Shown: positions 27,679 through 40,989 of the stretch, in pieces
Position numbering within the stretch: position 1 is the first letter of the stretch
Layout of the letters: each line of letters opens with the position of its first letter
Source: Bigelowiella natans CCMP2755
Taxonomy: Eukaryota; Protista; Cercozoa
Direction of reading: 5' to 3'
Length of the DNA stretch: 64,000 nucleotides
NCBI GenBank assembly: GCA_000320545.1
Contig: ADNK01001731.1
Span: 1-64,000, forward strand
The notes under the pieces: model-generated
What the model was told of the DNA's origin: nothing
The model's database searches: none
The model's input: the letters and a program-made list of their open reading frames with translations, nothing else
Made by a program: the position numbers and the translations under genes

Positions 27679-29953
27679 CTCTCACACACTCACATAAATG
27701 TACCTTTTTATATGTATCGTAATGTGAATGAATTTTTGTTATATAAATAATCTTGACGATAGCATCGCCCCCCTCCCCCCCCCCCCCCCCACTCCACACA
27801 CACACCTTTATCAGCGATGTGAAGGTGTAATGATCTGGTTGCAAGCTCTCTCTTTGCATATCGCCCAGTAATCTGTGTTTGGTAGGGAACATACAAGGCG
27901 AACGTCATGCCACGCTCCGTAGCTCATCACCACCACGAATCAACATCAATACAGAAACACGCAATGAGAAGCAACGCCCGCCTATTCCCTGCCTCCACGC
28001 AATGATAAATGGATTGCGACGAGAAAGTGATGGTTAGGGGGACCTACCCTATCGCTTGTTTCACTGCCTTGTTTTGCACGCAAACGTGTATTGCCGTGTT
28101 GTATATCACAGCATCTACCCCAAGCGCTTCGACTTCCTGATCGTCACCATCCTTTCTCTCGTAGACTTCGTTGCTGGTAGCGCCTCTTTGTCGGTCTCCT
28201 GTGTGCGAGTTACGCACGCCTGTAGAAGAGGAGGAGAGCGGATTTCCTTCTCGCACCTGTCGCTCACCTTCTTGTCCCTTGCTCCTGCTATTCTCAACGA
28301 CGCCATCATCGCCCACCCCATCAATTGGATTGGCAGCTTCTTCGTTCTCTAGTGCAATATTAAACTGCATCAGCTCCTCGTCATCCTCATCCTCGGGAAT
28401 GACCAGCCCTTGGTCCGGGGGGGGGGGGGCAAGGGCGGAGGATGCTGAGAGTAATGGCGTTTTTCCGTCGGCCTCACTTCTGCTTTTGCTCTGTGCATCC
28501 TCCCTTCTCCTCTGTTGTAGGGCTGGTGTGTTTTTGCACTCGGCGAGGAGCTCGAGGGCCTTTAGCCACCTCCATTTCTCTGGAGAAGGGGAGGAGTTGG
28601 CGTCTTGGACGGGATCCAACTTTTTGACCTCGCAATCGTGATCTTGCTTCGGCATATCATTATCTCCCTCCTCGTGATCTCCTTTGCCCTCTGCTCCGTG
28701 GTCTTGTTGCGACCCTTCATGCTGGCGCCCTTCGGTCGCCTTCTCCATACTGCGTCTCGCCAGCGAAGCAATTGCTGCATTGTAGGTGAAACCTTTTCAA
28801 TTTTGGGGGAGAGGGAGAGAGGGGGGGGGGGGGGGAGATGGGTAAGCCATTGGTTGTTGGCAGCGCGGATATATGTATAAGTTGATTCATTTGATATGTT
28901 ACTTGGACGTGTGTATAAAACAACTAATAAAACACTTTCCCTTCAGCAAAGCTATAGTCAGTATCATCACCGTCATCATCACCAATCTTACTACTAGCAT
29001 TGTAACCCTATCCCCTGCCGACCCTTTGTACGTATTGCAATCCATGTACACACGGTGACTTACGGTTGGGTGGTGGTAAACTGCTTTGGCCGCTGCCGTA
29101 GACATTACGCCGCGCCATCATCATCGTCTTCGTCGTTACGATCCCATTCTTCATATCGTTCAGGTGTGACAGGGCAAGGTTCCAGATCCCAGCCTGCATA
29201 AAGGCCGTTCAAATCAGCAGACTAAATGGCTCTCTAGGCCATCTATGCCCTTTTCAAGCAACACTGCAGCGACCCGGTGTCATTGCATGCATCACTATCC
29301 GATCTATTATCATCTGTTTCACAAATCGCCTTAGTACTAACTAATACCCTGGCGCAAGTCGATATGAACGTCGTGTGCGCTACTGTGAGACTCCTTTCAT
29401 CGTCATCGTCGCTTCTTGAATCTGGCAATGCCATTGTACCCCCCCCCCCCTCCCCGCCGTTATTGTGCATGCAATAGTCGATCAGAATCTGCAAAGCGAC
29501 CTCCCAGCACGAGCCCCTATGTGTTTTCCCGTTATATTAGGCGTGGATATTATCGATATCTTAGTAAAGCCAGTGCTGCTTTTGGTATGCAGTAGTACAG
29601 AGATTGAGAGCGTTTGTGTGATCCACTAGCTAGCTAAAATCAAGCACAAGGAGCGCAGCCATGGGCAGAGATAGTGTTGGGAAAACATGGCCAAAGACAG
29701 AGAGATTTTCGATATATTAGCCCACCAAAAACGCTGCAGCATGGATTCTTGTTTCAGGCTAATGCTACTACTATTGTTCTTTGCGGGAGGAGGAGAGGAG
29801 GAGGAGGAGGATGAGGAGGAGGAGTAGGAAGAGAAGGATGAACGATTGTCTTGTCGATCACCTGTTACAAGCTCCGAGAGCAGCATGCGTTAGGGGGCTC
29901 CTTGCTGAAGATATACACGTCAAGATCATTTAGCATATTCCCACGAATCTCCG

Positions 29954-29995
<42 letters not shown>

Positions 29996-31032
29996 ATCTC
30001 TCTCTCTCCCTCACTCTCTCCCGATCGCTCTCTCCTTTGCTTTCTTTCTCTCCCTCTTTCAGGTCTTTCTGTTTCACATATCTCACGAGTAGAACACCTG
30101 AGAGTCCTTCCCCCCCTCCCCCCTCCCTCTTGAACTGTCCAAAAAGCCGTAGAGCTTGGGCTGCAAAAGGCATTAAAAACATGCGTTTCGATAGCGGTTT
30201 AAGGATGATGTGACAATAGATTATATGAATAATTTATAGTCTCATCAGAAAAGAGAAAGGACGGCTACATGTCTATTTCATACCCCAGTGGCCATGCTTG
30301 GTAAGTGCCCTCATCGCGCTGTTGTAAGCGTTGGCAGATGGCGAGACGCTCTCTCTCTTCATATCCTCGAATAGTCCAAGGATCTATGGGAGAGCAACCG
30401 GGGTTGTTGTTAATGATGAGAGTTGATTCTATATGACGATTCTACGATGTACTACTGTCATCGCAAGCATGACATAATGCTTCAGTGCTGAGTAGAGTGA
30501 TGATGATGATGATGATGATGATTGTTATAACCATTACAGTGCAAGATGTATGTTGACGAAGATGATGATGATGATGATGACGGTGGTGGTGGTGGTGGTG
30601 GTGCTAACGCAAAAAACGATGAAGTGCGAGCCTCTCCCCCACCTTAAACCAATTGTTCTTGAGGTAATAGGCGTCCACAAGAAGACCATAGCTGAGAGAA
30701 GATACATTTACGAAGAGTTAGGTCACAGCTTAGGTATAGTTTGACTGGATATAATCATCATGAATAGAAAGGGCCCACACTACTATAAACAAGTCCTGCA
30801 GGTACTGAATCAACGATAACAACTAGTGCTGTGTTCCGCTCTCAGAAGACATGTAAGCACGTAATCAATCAAGAGCGTTAAGCTGCTGTGGGTTGTATAT
30901 CGCCGTACGTGTCGCCATTGGGCTTTACGCCGATGTGCTGCATCGAGTAGAACTCCTGACATTATACACAATAATTCCATCAACACCACCCATATGCACA
31001 TGTAGCAGCAGTATAATTCTTCTGACTTAGTA

Positions 31033-31085
<53 letters not shown>

Positions 31086-33157
31086 GAGAGAAAGAAAGCC
31101 ACAGTTGTGAAGGCCATTCCCTCCGTTTGGACCTTGAAAGCAAGGATGCTCTTTCCACTCTTCACCAGAGACGCTATCACAGTATTGTACATCTCCGTGC
31201 TTCGATATTTGCTTTCCACTCGGTGTAGCGTTCTGTGAGCAGGTAAGTAAGTGTTTTTATTTATTTATGGTTTTTCTTTTCCCCCCTCCCATTCACTCTC
31301 CCTCACCTCTTAGAATTCATACCTAATGAGAATATCGCTGTCGCTTGAGGCAAACGCGAGAGCTTTCACCATTTCCACGGAGCCTATTTTACAGCGCACT
31401 TCTATGAAGCGATTGCTCAATTAAAAACTTAAGATAAAGACCGTAGTAGCGGTTCTCACCTTTATTCCCTACCACCTCCCACCATCGATCATTATCTCGT
31501 TGCACGCGATTGATAAGGCGTAAGATCGCTATTTGGAGATAAAAGATAAATGACAGTTACAGGAGGTTTTATGTTTCAGAAAATAACTTAATGATTTCGC
31601 TGATACTCTTTCGAGTACGCAGTGGAAGAAGTTATTTATGTTTAGAATCCACCAAATACGATAATTGTGACGTCTGCTTGTCGAGAAGATTGATAGACGC
31701 GCATTAAGAAGCACCTTCCGAATCCTTTCCTGCAACGAGAATCTTCAGAGTCTCAACAATTTTATGGCCCTCTGCGTTTTCGTCTGTGGATTATTATTAA
31801 TGGAAGCTATAAGGAGATGTCGGTATATTTGAATGTGCACGGATTTGAATATTTGTCACTCTGAGGCTACATGTCACTCAGGATTTTGTTCTCTGCCCCC
31901 CCCACCTTTTTCAGCCAGCGACAATGATGGACTCCTCTTTTCAGAATGCGCTCTCAGGAAAGCCGGGTGCGAGGTGTAATACATCTGGCGACTACATAGA
32001 ACATGACGAATGGAATAAATGAGAAAGGAGAAAATCTATTTGTTAGAGGAAAGGAGGAGATAATGAGGAGTATATGGTTTTCTATATCATCGTTGGATAT
32101 TGTAGTCCAAAATACTCTATTTAACCACCATATATGCAGAAGTATCGCTATTAGAAGGGATACCGCTTCGGATAAGAACGCGCTTGATCCAAAGATAGTC
32201 ATAATGACGATGGAGATGTCTAACAGTTATCGAAATGCTTCACATATGTTTCCTCAACTTCGTCAGGAGGGGAGATATATACCTTTTGCAATCTTGGGGG
32301 AAATCGAGTTGGCCTTAGCCGTACAGAACACTGCGACTGGATCAAAATGATAAGGAGGCTCGTTATTCCTAGAAAATTCGTAGCGAGCTGCATGATCTTC
32401 CTGGCAGTGCCGTGTCTTCCTAAGTAGGGTATCAGGGAGGGGATCCGGATGAGCGGAAGCGTAGTGACCTTTCGTTTTATTCCGGAAAAGTACTTTCATA
32501 ATTGTCGCAGGAGAAAAATTGAATGGGAAGCTGGATTAAGTAAGCACTTTGAAGTCGCAGTTTGGAAAGTCAATGGAATTGTGTTACACTTTAGCTTACT
32601 TTCGTTGCCATTTCATAAATTCATTTATCAATTCAATTGAGGGATTGAGGGTGTTCCTGACAGCCATTGTTCAAGCTGCGACACAAAAATAACGGTTCCA
32701 TATCTAACTTTTACCCTGGTTTGGTGCGACAAAGCTATGTACACCTAACGGCCGAAGACTCTTTTAGCCTGCCTCTCTGCGACATGCCGAATAGCCCTCG
32801 AAGTACATAGTTCCACATCGCGTTTCTATATTTTAAAAAGAGAGAAATGATGTCGTAGGAATAAAATGGATTCCATATCAAAAATCGATTTACAGAACAG
32901 TTGAAGTTGAGGTGTGTTCGAGTCGAGCAAGCCTCCCCCAAAGCTCTTCATCTGAACGAAGTGTTCATCCACAGACGAGCGTGAGGAGAGAACTTAAGCT
33001 CAGAGTAAGTCTGCAGGAAAGTATATTAGTTTTTGCTAGGGAATTTTGCGGGAAAATTTCGACTTTTTGCGTGTAGGAAGATCAGGAAGAGTGAGAGGCA
33101 TGTTAGAGACAGACTCACTTGGGCCGTTGTGTGTAGAGGGTGTGAGAGTGAATCCAT
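25957..33157 (-). CDS. Pentatricopeptide-repeat protein with C-terminal Smr domain (PPR-SMR)
   Basis: PPR motifs: STEMYNTVIASLVKSGKSILAFK (~31133-31203), SPSANAYNSAMRALTKHGHWG (~30283-30347), DAVIYNTAIHVCVQNKAVKQAI (~28050-28117), MQRESLQPDHYTFTSLIK (~27806-27860). Smr domain across four exons: VDFHTLSGPVARSAMR / DLHLIVGKGQKTGTSLL / GPVLISMLEHEVTPPL / ENSGRLIISRRDVKNW. Stop TGA at 25957-25959. The 5' end (32.5-33.2 kb) is uncertain. Confidence 0.85.
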
Positions 33158-33370
33158 GATGATTTAAAAAGCATTTGGTTAGAGATAAGAATACTTTACA
33201 TGAGAGTTAGATAATTTGAAGTCTTTGTATTCCTCAACCATTTCTTGACTTTTTTTTCCAGGAAGAGTGATCAGGAAGGCATCGACGCTCAGAGGCTAAA
33301 TTGATCCAACTTCGGAGAAGGGTCACCAAGCAGGGTTCTTGTGCCTGACGTCGTCCAATAGCAGAGATAT

Positions 33371-35215
33371 ATGAGGGCGGAGACAAATCCTTTCTCCATG
33401 AGAGGAGGTGGAGGGAACACAACACCAAAGGATGCTATCAATCACCAAAGAAGGTTGCTTTAATCTTACCTTTATTTGAGAACGACAGACCTCAAGCAGC
33501 AAGTTACAATTGCATATTTACGGTTTTAGATGTGCCACTGAGAATCTAGCTGGTGCACGGAGAAGGCGCCTCCGAGATAACCTTAGGATTGACATAAACG
33601 ACGCCGATGGTACTAGCATGCTTTTCCAGTCTTTTCATTAACTGTGTTATCTCCGATGCATTTCCTATCATGAGTAGCCAAGATTCTAGCGTCCATACAA
33701 TCTAACAATGGGCTTCTTCAGACATCAATGGCGGGGCGAAAACGACTCCGAACATTTTTAGTGTAGACTCGAAGGCCTGGCTCACTACGTGGCCGCCACA
33801 AAAGCCTGTACCAGCGCCTGGCAGCGGTAAATAGCAGTAGTTGAAAAAAAAACAGGTTTGCCGAAAGGCACTAGTGATTTAAATGAGTTTGTCATTTCTG
33901 CATGGCGGTAGTCATTTGCAGCACGGCTACAGTCTAATGCTACCAACAAATAGAAGAAAATCTAATCGCGCTGTTCATCGTAGGCTGACTAAACAGCTAG
34001 AAATCATATAGCTGATACCCTGCCTTTGCTGCACCGTGATGATACGGATCAATGCACTATGTTTTTTTCTTGTTTTCAGGCTCCAAACGGTCAGGGAGAC
34101 GTCTGGGCCCTCTGAAGCTACCCCCCCTCACTCGGATATCGACAAAGTAAGTACTAACTAACGCAAGAGAGCTATAAACGTGTTAAAGCAATCTTCGCCG
34201 CGTTGGAGAAAAAGACTGGAAGAAGATTAATTTAATTGTTGTTTTCCTGTCGCTACTCCTGCAGCGAGAGAAAGTTCATGTCGCTCAACGAAACGATGTC
34301 CACCATCATCCCAAGTAAAGGAGGGGGTGGGGGTGGCAGCAGCGGCAGCTGTGTGCTTAGAACCACGAGCAGGCCTGCATCAGCAGCATCCCGGGAAGGA
34401 AGAGAGCCATCTTCGCGCTACAGCCCACTTGCTGTTAATGTTACTTCACCGGTACTAAACACTGTACAATTTGCCGATTATTCATCTTGCCGATACGCCG
34501 ATGTCCTTGCCTCAATTTCCCAACAACTTGGACTGATAGAGAATCAGTAAACATGAATTGCAGATATTGTTCACGAAAGATCTTGGTAGGGTTGATAGTA
34601 ACAATAACCGGCCTTTGTATTTCCCCCCTTAGTCTCCTTCTTCGGACGCCAAATTTGGCAGTGGCAGCAGCACCGGAACGGGAGGGGGGGAGGGGAATAA
34701 CAAAGGCATACACCACCTGGGAATGGTATCCTCCTCCTCGGCTCCAAGGGCTGTCTATCATAAGTCGGGCAGGTGATGATGAACTCTTCATGTTTGCGTC
34801 TCTAGTGCGCATATGCTGCGCTGCCGACGCAATCGGTTGTTTGGTGTGAAGACAAAGAAAAATAAAGATCCGAGATTCCGCTTGCGCGGAGAGCACGAGC
34901 ACCATAATAACATATTCCGTCTCTATTCATGCCGTATTCAAACAAACCAACACACCCCGTGCACAGCTGAAAGCGTCCTTTGTACCTGCGTGCGGTTGGT
35001 TGTGTACTTTGTTTGTGTGTGGTGTTGCTTTATGTATCGATACGACGTCATGGCTCAGACGTCGAAAGAGGCGATCGAAGCAGGAGTTGGACACGCTGGA
35101 AAGTCCCTACAGTCCCTACAGCCCTTACTCTGGAAATGATTCGGCAACAACTGATCCTTCCTCTCCATCTCCTTTCGACTCTTCAATCCGTAGGCCTACT
35201 AGAAGCAAACGTATG

Positions 35216-35254
<39 letters not shown>

Positions 35255-35273
35255 CGTCCTAATATGCATATAA

Positions 35274-35311
<38 letters not shown>

Positions 35312-36877
35312 TATGAAAACATACTAGCATGCACAGTACACACATGCATGCGGTCATAGATAGGTTGGCGGTTGCTCCGCAAATTCGTCGCTTCATTTCG
35401 CGTTAATTCACCGTCCTCTTCTCGATCTCCCTCGCAATATAGTCACATCAACACGACCGTAAGAATGGGAGAGAGAGAGAGAGAGAGAGAGAGGTGTATA
35501 TGGCCTTTTGTCTAACTGCCGTCGCCATCTCCCTCCCTCCCTCCCTCCCTCCCAGGGCAATTCTCCTCCCCCCAATCGGTGCCTCAGTCGGCCGTGGAGG
35601 TGTCGGTGGAGGAGCTGGGCGAGAAGATCGGAGGTATGTCCCTCGAATTAGAAGATAACACGAATAGCAGCAGCAGCAGCAGCTACAACAACGCGAACGG
35701 CTCGGCGGGCAATAGCAGGAGCATCTTCACTAGCAATCATCACCGCGGTGATCGATTTGGGGGGAACAACGGCAGCAGCAGCAGCAATCATCAGCGGCCT
35801 TTTGATGATGGGATTGCTCCCCTGGATGAGGGGGGGGAGGGTGTAGATGACGATGCTGCCGCGGCGATAGAAAGGGCGGAGAGGATGTTTATGGGCACGC
35901 CCTCCTCCTCCTCCTCCTCCCGAAAGCTGCAAATCCATATAGAGCATAACAACAATGGCTTCGAGGAGGACTCATACGAGATGCTGGATGGGTGAGTCTC
36001 GTCGTAGTAATAGTGCTAAAAGAAGTTGGTAGCAGTAGTAGTAGCAGTAATAGTCGTTGTAGCAGTGGTAGTCGCGGTTGCTGTCTTTGTTGTAGCATTG
36101 GTAGTAGTTCGCGGGGGCTAGGAAGAGAAAGGAGGCGCCGATAGGATGAGTCTAACAACGATACACACACCAATACCCAGCAGTACCGAAAGAGGGGAGT
36201 TTGGAAAGCAGCAGCAGCAGCAGCAGCACAGTCGTCGCTATTATATCTTGCGGTGTAGTTAGTTATTCCTCAACACTCAGTCGCCGTCACGGCCATTGCG
36301 TACTCTTCGCAGTGGCCATCGTGCTATGATAGTTGGAAGTGCTGATATTCTTCTTCCCTTGTACCACTGAATACAGCGTTCTAAAGGCCGAGGGCCTAGA
36401 GCTACGACGGTCGGGCATTAACATCATCGAAAAGCTCCATAAGCACAAGAAAGCAATGGCGAAGGGTGAGGGCGGCGATCAAAAGGTGAGGTCTCGCTAT
36501 ATGTGTACAGACTACATTTATAATCGTTACGTCATCGACATTGCTTTTTTTGGGCCGTGGGGGCACACATAGTTTTGTTTCCCGGGTTGTTAAGCCTGAA
36601 GTTAGCAGGGACGGCATGAGCCATCTCTGCTGTGATCTCAACCGTATTAATCGTAGATTTACGGGAAAATAACCCAAAAATACGGGTGTATCATAAGGAT
36701 TTGCCAAGTGCCTCTAGTATTTGACTACTATTAGGAAGAAAATACAACGTTTCTTCCATTTCCTGGTGATTCTGTTGGTCCTGCTGATATAGCAAATCTT
36801 GCAGGATAATGCGTATCTCAAGAATAAGCGAGAGGCTCCTAAATTAAATCCAGGTAGTGTGTGCAGCCCCTACACTG

Positions 36878-36915
<38 letters not shown>

Positions 36916-37421
36916 GCTACTACTACTACTGCTACTTCTACTACTACTACTACTACTACTTCTGAGTGCGTACTACTAGCGCTATCTGGGGCAATAGATA
37001 AGAAATAGAGCCTTCCACAGCAACGTTGGGCTATAGACGACGGGCAAATATCTGCATTTGTGTGTGTGTGTGTGTGTGTGTGTATTTGGTGTAACACCTT
37101 TTCAAAAGAGGGGCGGGGGAGGAAGCGAAAGCAAGCACCGTGTATGCTACCCTCTTATAGCGTGCCTTGATTGACTTGTGTTCTCATCGTCATTCGTCCT
37201 CTTTTCTTTTACTCCTCCTTTTCTGTCCCCCCCTACTCTCTAGATCGCATAGTCCCCGTCCGGAGATTGGGTGCGGGAGCAGGCGGTTCGGTGTGGTTAG
37301 CGGTTGATATCGGCAGTCTCTCCCTCAGGGCAATAAAGCAAATGAACGTGTTTGACAAAAGCACAAGACACCAGATGCTCAAGGAAATCAAGACCTTCGA
37401 GTTTGCGCATACGTATGTTAA

Positions 37422-37461
<40 letters not shown>

Positions 37462-39167
37462 TATTATGTATTCTGGTACGGTTCTTTAGTATTCTCTTTC
37501 TCCTGCCTCCTATTCCTCTCCCCGTCGCCGTCTCCTCGCCTTACCCCCCCCGCCCCCCTCTTCACCACCAGGCACCATCCCAACATCATTTCGTATCATG
37601 GAGGGTACTACTCCCAAGGCGAAGCTACCGTCGCTTTAGAGTAAGAAAACGCAGAAGGACATGAGAAAAACGAGATAGTGGGAACGTGAGAAGGGGCGGA
37701 AGCGAGGGGGGGGGGGGAGAGGGGGGGGTCAGCTTTCACACCAGATGATGATCCATTCATTGAGTTTGAAAAAAAGAATAGCGTGCTGCGAACAGCTTAT
37801 GTTTTGATGTAGGTTGTGATACGAATATCCTGTGGTGTTATGTACTTTTCTGAGCGGCCTCCTCCGCTTGTGTATAGTGTAGCATAGCGTCTGGTGGAGC
37901 GATCAGTCGCGTCTCTCTGCAAATGATAAGAATAGGAATACAATGGCAATAATAGTAATGATGCTTCTGCGTAAATCGCTCAGATATATGAATTGCGGAT
38001 CCCTGAAAGACGTAATGACCACGTATGGGCCCTTTTCCGAGAAGATTCTTAAATCGATGACTAGACAGGTTTGCCAGTGTTGCGCTTATGATGATAGAGT
38101 AATAATAGTGATAGGATACGGCCGATTAGAGACTAATGACGGAGAAGATCGAACAAGAGAGCGATTAACTCTTTGCGCTCTCCTCCATATTTGGCATTTA
38201 CAACAACCGCCGTTGCTTGCATACTCAACCAACCAACACATCGGGGAAGATGATCAGTTTTTTGGGGCATTTCGTGGAGTTTTGATAGGATTCTGATTCT
38301 CGAATTCATGCATATTACTTATTTCCTCCGCATTCCTCCTTGGCAGGTTCTAATGGGTCTTAACTATCTCCACGCACGGAAAATAATACACCGGGATATA
38401 AAGCCAGAGGTAGGCTGCTCTTGACTCGAAAAGAGCGAACGAGCCTGCATTTTTAGTCGATACGCTGCCGGTGGGGAGGCCTGATGTTGACTTTTGTGAA
38501 GATGATGATGATAAGACGCAATGACGCTTGCATGCATGCTGGTATCGAAGAATATGTGTCTCTCTCAACGGCAAATCAGCACCAAATGCAAATAGCAATA
38601 ACAGCCTCCGAATACATGAGTCGACACAACGTTAATGCCGCCCCCCTTCTCCTAAATCGTGTTGTGTTTGATTCCTAGAACATCCTGGTGAACGACCGAG
38701 GTTGCGTCAAACTTGCAGATTTCGGCATCGTCAAGGAGCTGCAGGAGACGGCCGCCATGGCCAATACGTATGTAGGGACTGCGAAGTACATGAGTCCGGA
38801 GAGAATCATGAGCAGGAAGTGAGTGCCCCTGCTATATTGTCGATAATGATGAACGTTGGTTCCTTTGGTTATTAGTATCACTTACAGCACGATGATTGCC
38901 ATAAATAAACTTTAGATACAGCTATGAGTCCGACGTGTGGAGCCTCGGCCTAACTATCTCCTACCTGGCGACGGGGACCTTCCCTTTTGACTTAGATGAG
39001 AGCCAGGTAATAAGATATAACACTACTGCGTCACGGTTGGGGCTGTTGGTGTGTCTGTGTCGCCAGAATAAATAGCCCTGGTAACAGCATAGAAGCCATA
39101 TACTACTAATTCCCACGTCTCAGCACAGAGAGTAAAGAGAGGATGATTCCGTAGTAGCCAACATAAG

Positions 39168-39211
<44 letters not shown>

Positions 39212-40577
39212 CATCAAACAATTCCTCGAATTCAACCCAAAACATAGGGGATTTTCGGCCTTGCCATGGTGATTTGCAAGGAGGAGCCGAGGCCGGTCGG
39301 GAAGAAATTCTCAGGTGATTCTTCCCCAGCACAGCATCATCCATCATCTTTGAACATAGAAATGAATGCAATTGTTGTTTTGTACTCCTCCTCCTCCTTG
39401 CGTCTCAACAGACGATCTTCGGTCCTTTGTGGCTCTTTGCCTCGCAAAAGAACCGGAAACACGCTCTTCCTCACGGCACCTTCTCAAGCACAAAGTAGTG
39501 GGAGACTTGCCCTTCCAACGATTCATGGGGGAGGGAGGGGACTTCCGTCTTTCCCATTCTGGATTTTGATTGTAGTTCAAATGATAGCAATGTGATGCAT
39601 CGCATCGTGTGCAGTATTCTCTTTCCCAAGTAGAAAGTGCGTGGTGTTGTTGCTGTTGTCGTTGTCGTCGTCGTTGCTATTGCGGTCTGTCTTAGATCGT
39701 GGATCGAAGTTTATCGTGATTGTTTTGTTTTCCGAACACAGTTTGTTACTAGCGTTGACGCGATGCGGCTTAGTCGAGACTGGCCTTATGTGTATAAAAA
39801 GACATCGACGGAGGTCATCACTTTTTCCAGTGATGTTTGCTGTTTTCCGATTGAAAGCCGTGGCGCCTGCACATTACGTATTAGTTCTACTGTCAAAAGC
39901 AGTGTGTAGTTTCTTTCTCATTGGCCGAGCTGCTAGCTGCATGTATTAAATAGCACCGAGATTTTAAACTTAGTGTCTCAAAGTGGGTTTCCTTTTAGAG
40001 ATCAATTGAATGCCAGTTTTTCTATTTACGATGTGAAGCACATCGTCATCAGCATTTTCATGTATCATCAGCGTGAGTTGAAAGTCATCCGATCCAAGAT
40101 AAAATGCCAGGAGGAGCTGTGCCATCGTGTCATCAGTATCATGTAATAACGAAGATCTATGAAGGCGGCGGAAGCATCATTCTTTTGTCTCTTGTCGTTA
40201 TGAGTTGCACATTTGTATATTGTAGCCATGAATTTTTATGTGTACGTAACATTTTGATTTATATGCATTGCACTCATCAAAATCAAAAAGATACACACGC
40301 ATTGTTATCGCTCCTATGCAGACTTTCAAAAGCCGGACAGCGTAAGATCGGATGGCAGATTCTTTGTCGCTCGCTTGGAGAACAGTTAGGTGAGAAGGCC
40401 ACAATGCAAAAATACGACTTTGGAAAAAGGCACGGTTTCTCTCTGTACCTTCATACATTACATTCTAACGGGCTCCAACATGTATTTTACTCCCCTGCAG
40501 GAATCCCCCCCAAAACTGTTTGGAACACAATTGAGAGGCAAATGAACAATAGAAAAGGCCAGAAGGGACGCAGATGA
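33371..40577 (+). CDS. MAP kinase kinase (STE7/MAP2K family) with a long low-complexity N-terminal extension
   Basis: Spliced kinase domain: LGAGAGGSV...AIKQM (37243-37400), [27 protein letters not shown] (38347-38409, 38678-), KLADFG (DFG at 38718), [47 protein letters not shown]. Last exon 40500-40577 ends in TGA. Upstream exons join in phase from an ATG at 33371. Confidence 0.92.
36875..36961. repeat. Imperfect (ACT)n trinucleotide microsatellite of about 28 units in a MAPKK intron
   Basis: Directly visible ctactactact... with a few GCT/TCT interruptions; flanked by the coding exons ending ~36853 and starting 37243. Confidence 0.9.
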
Positions 40578-40989
40578 ATTCGTCCAATATAAACGAAGGA
40601 AAGGTTACGCATCGCCACGTATATATCGGCATCAGTGTAAATATCCAACGACAAAAAAACATGTCCTTTCAAAATAAGAACACAAATAAACCATGATCAT
40701 TTTTACTCTAATCAAGTGAATTCGTGCACCTCACACGGAATCGAGTCGGCTGATATCCGAGGATATTGGAACTAGATAACAACAATTACTATCGGCAATA
40801 ATTATATCACAATTTTTAAGTGTGTCACGATTGTTATGTGGTTTCGTACAATTAGATTAATGTACATTATGAAAGCAAGGAGAGCAACAGATATTTTATT
40901 CTGTTGTCACAAGTGCAATGCGTGTCTCCCTGCACGCCTTTTCTCTTAGTAAGCTCTTGCACGCCTTCCACTTTTTCAGAATATTCAAA

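Larger units (their letters stand above)
1..39210. repeat. Dispersed intronic microsatellites: (TA)n, (CA/TG)n, (GA/TC)n and poly-C/G runs (dozens of tracts; also 54.5-58.4 kb)
   Basis: Examples: 452-485 (TA)n, 938-1030 (CA)n(TA)n, 2472-2552 (TG)n(GA)n, 7322-7401 (TC)n(TG)n, 11700-11775, 26175-26240, 57575-57612. Those I could place against exons are intronic. Confidence 0.9.

Noticed and set aside
33670-33721. In-frame TAA after ATG 33670 as stop-codon readthrough or an alternative genetic code
   Set aside because: The segment lies inside a normal GT-AG intron (~33610-33721, CTAAC branch-like site), and other genes here terminate at TAA.
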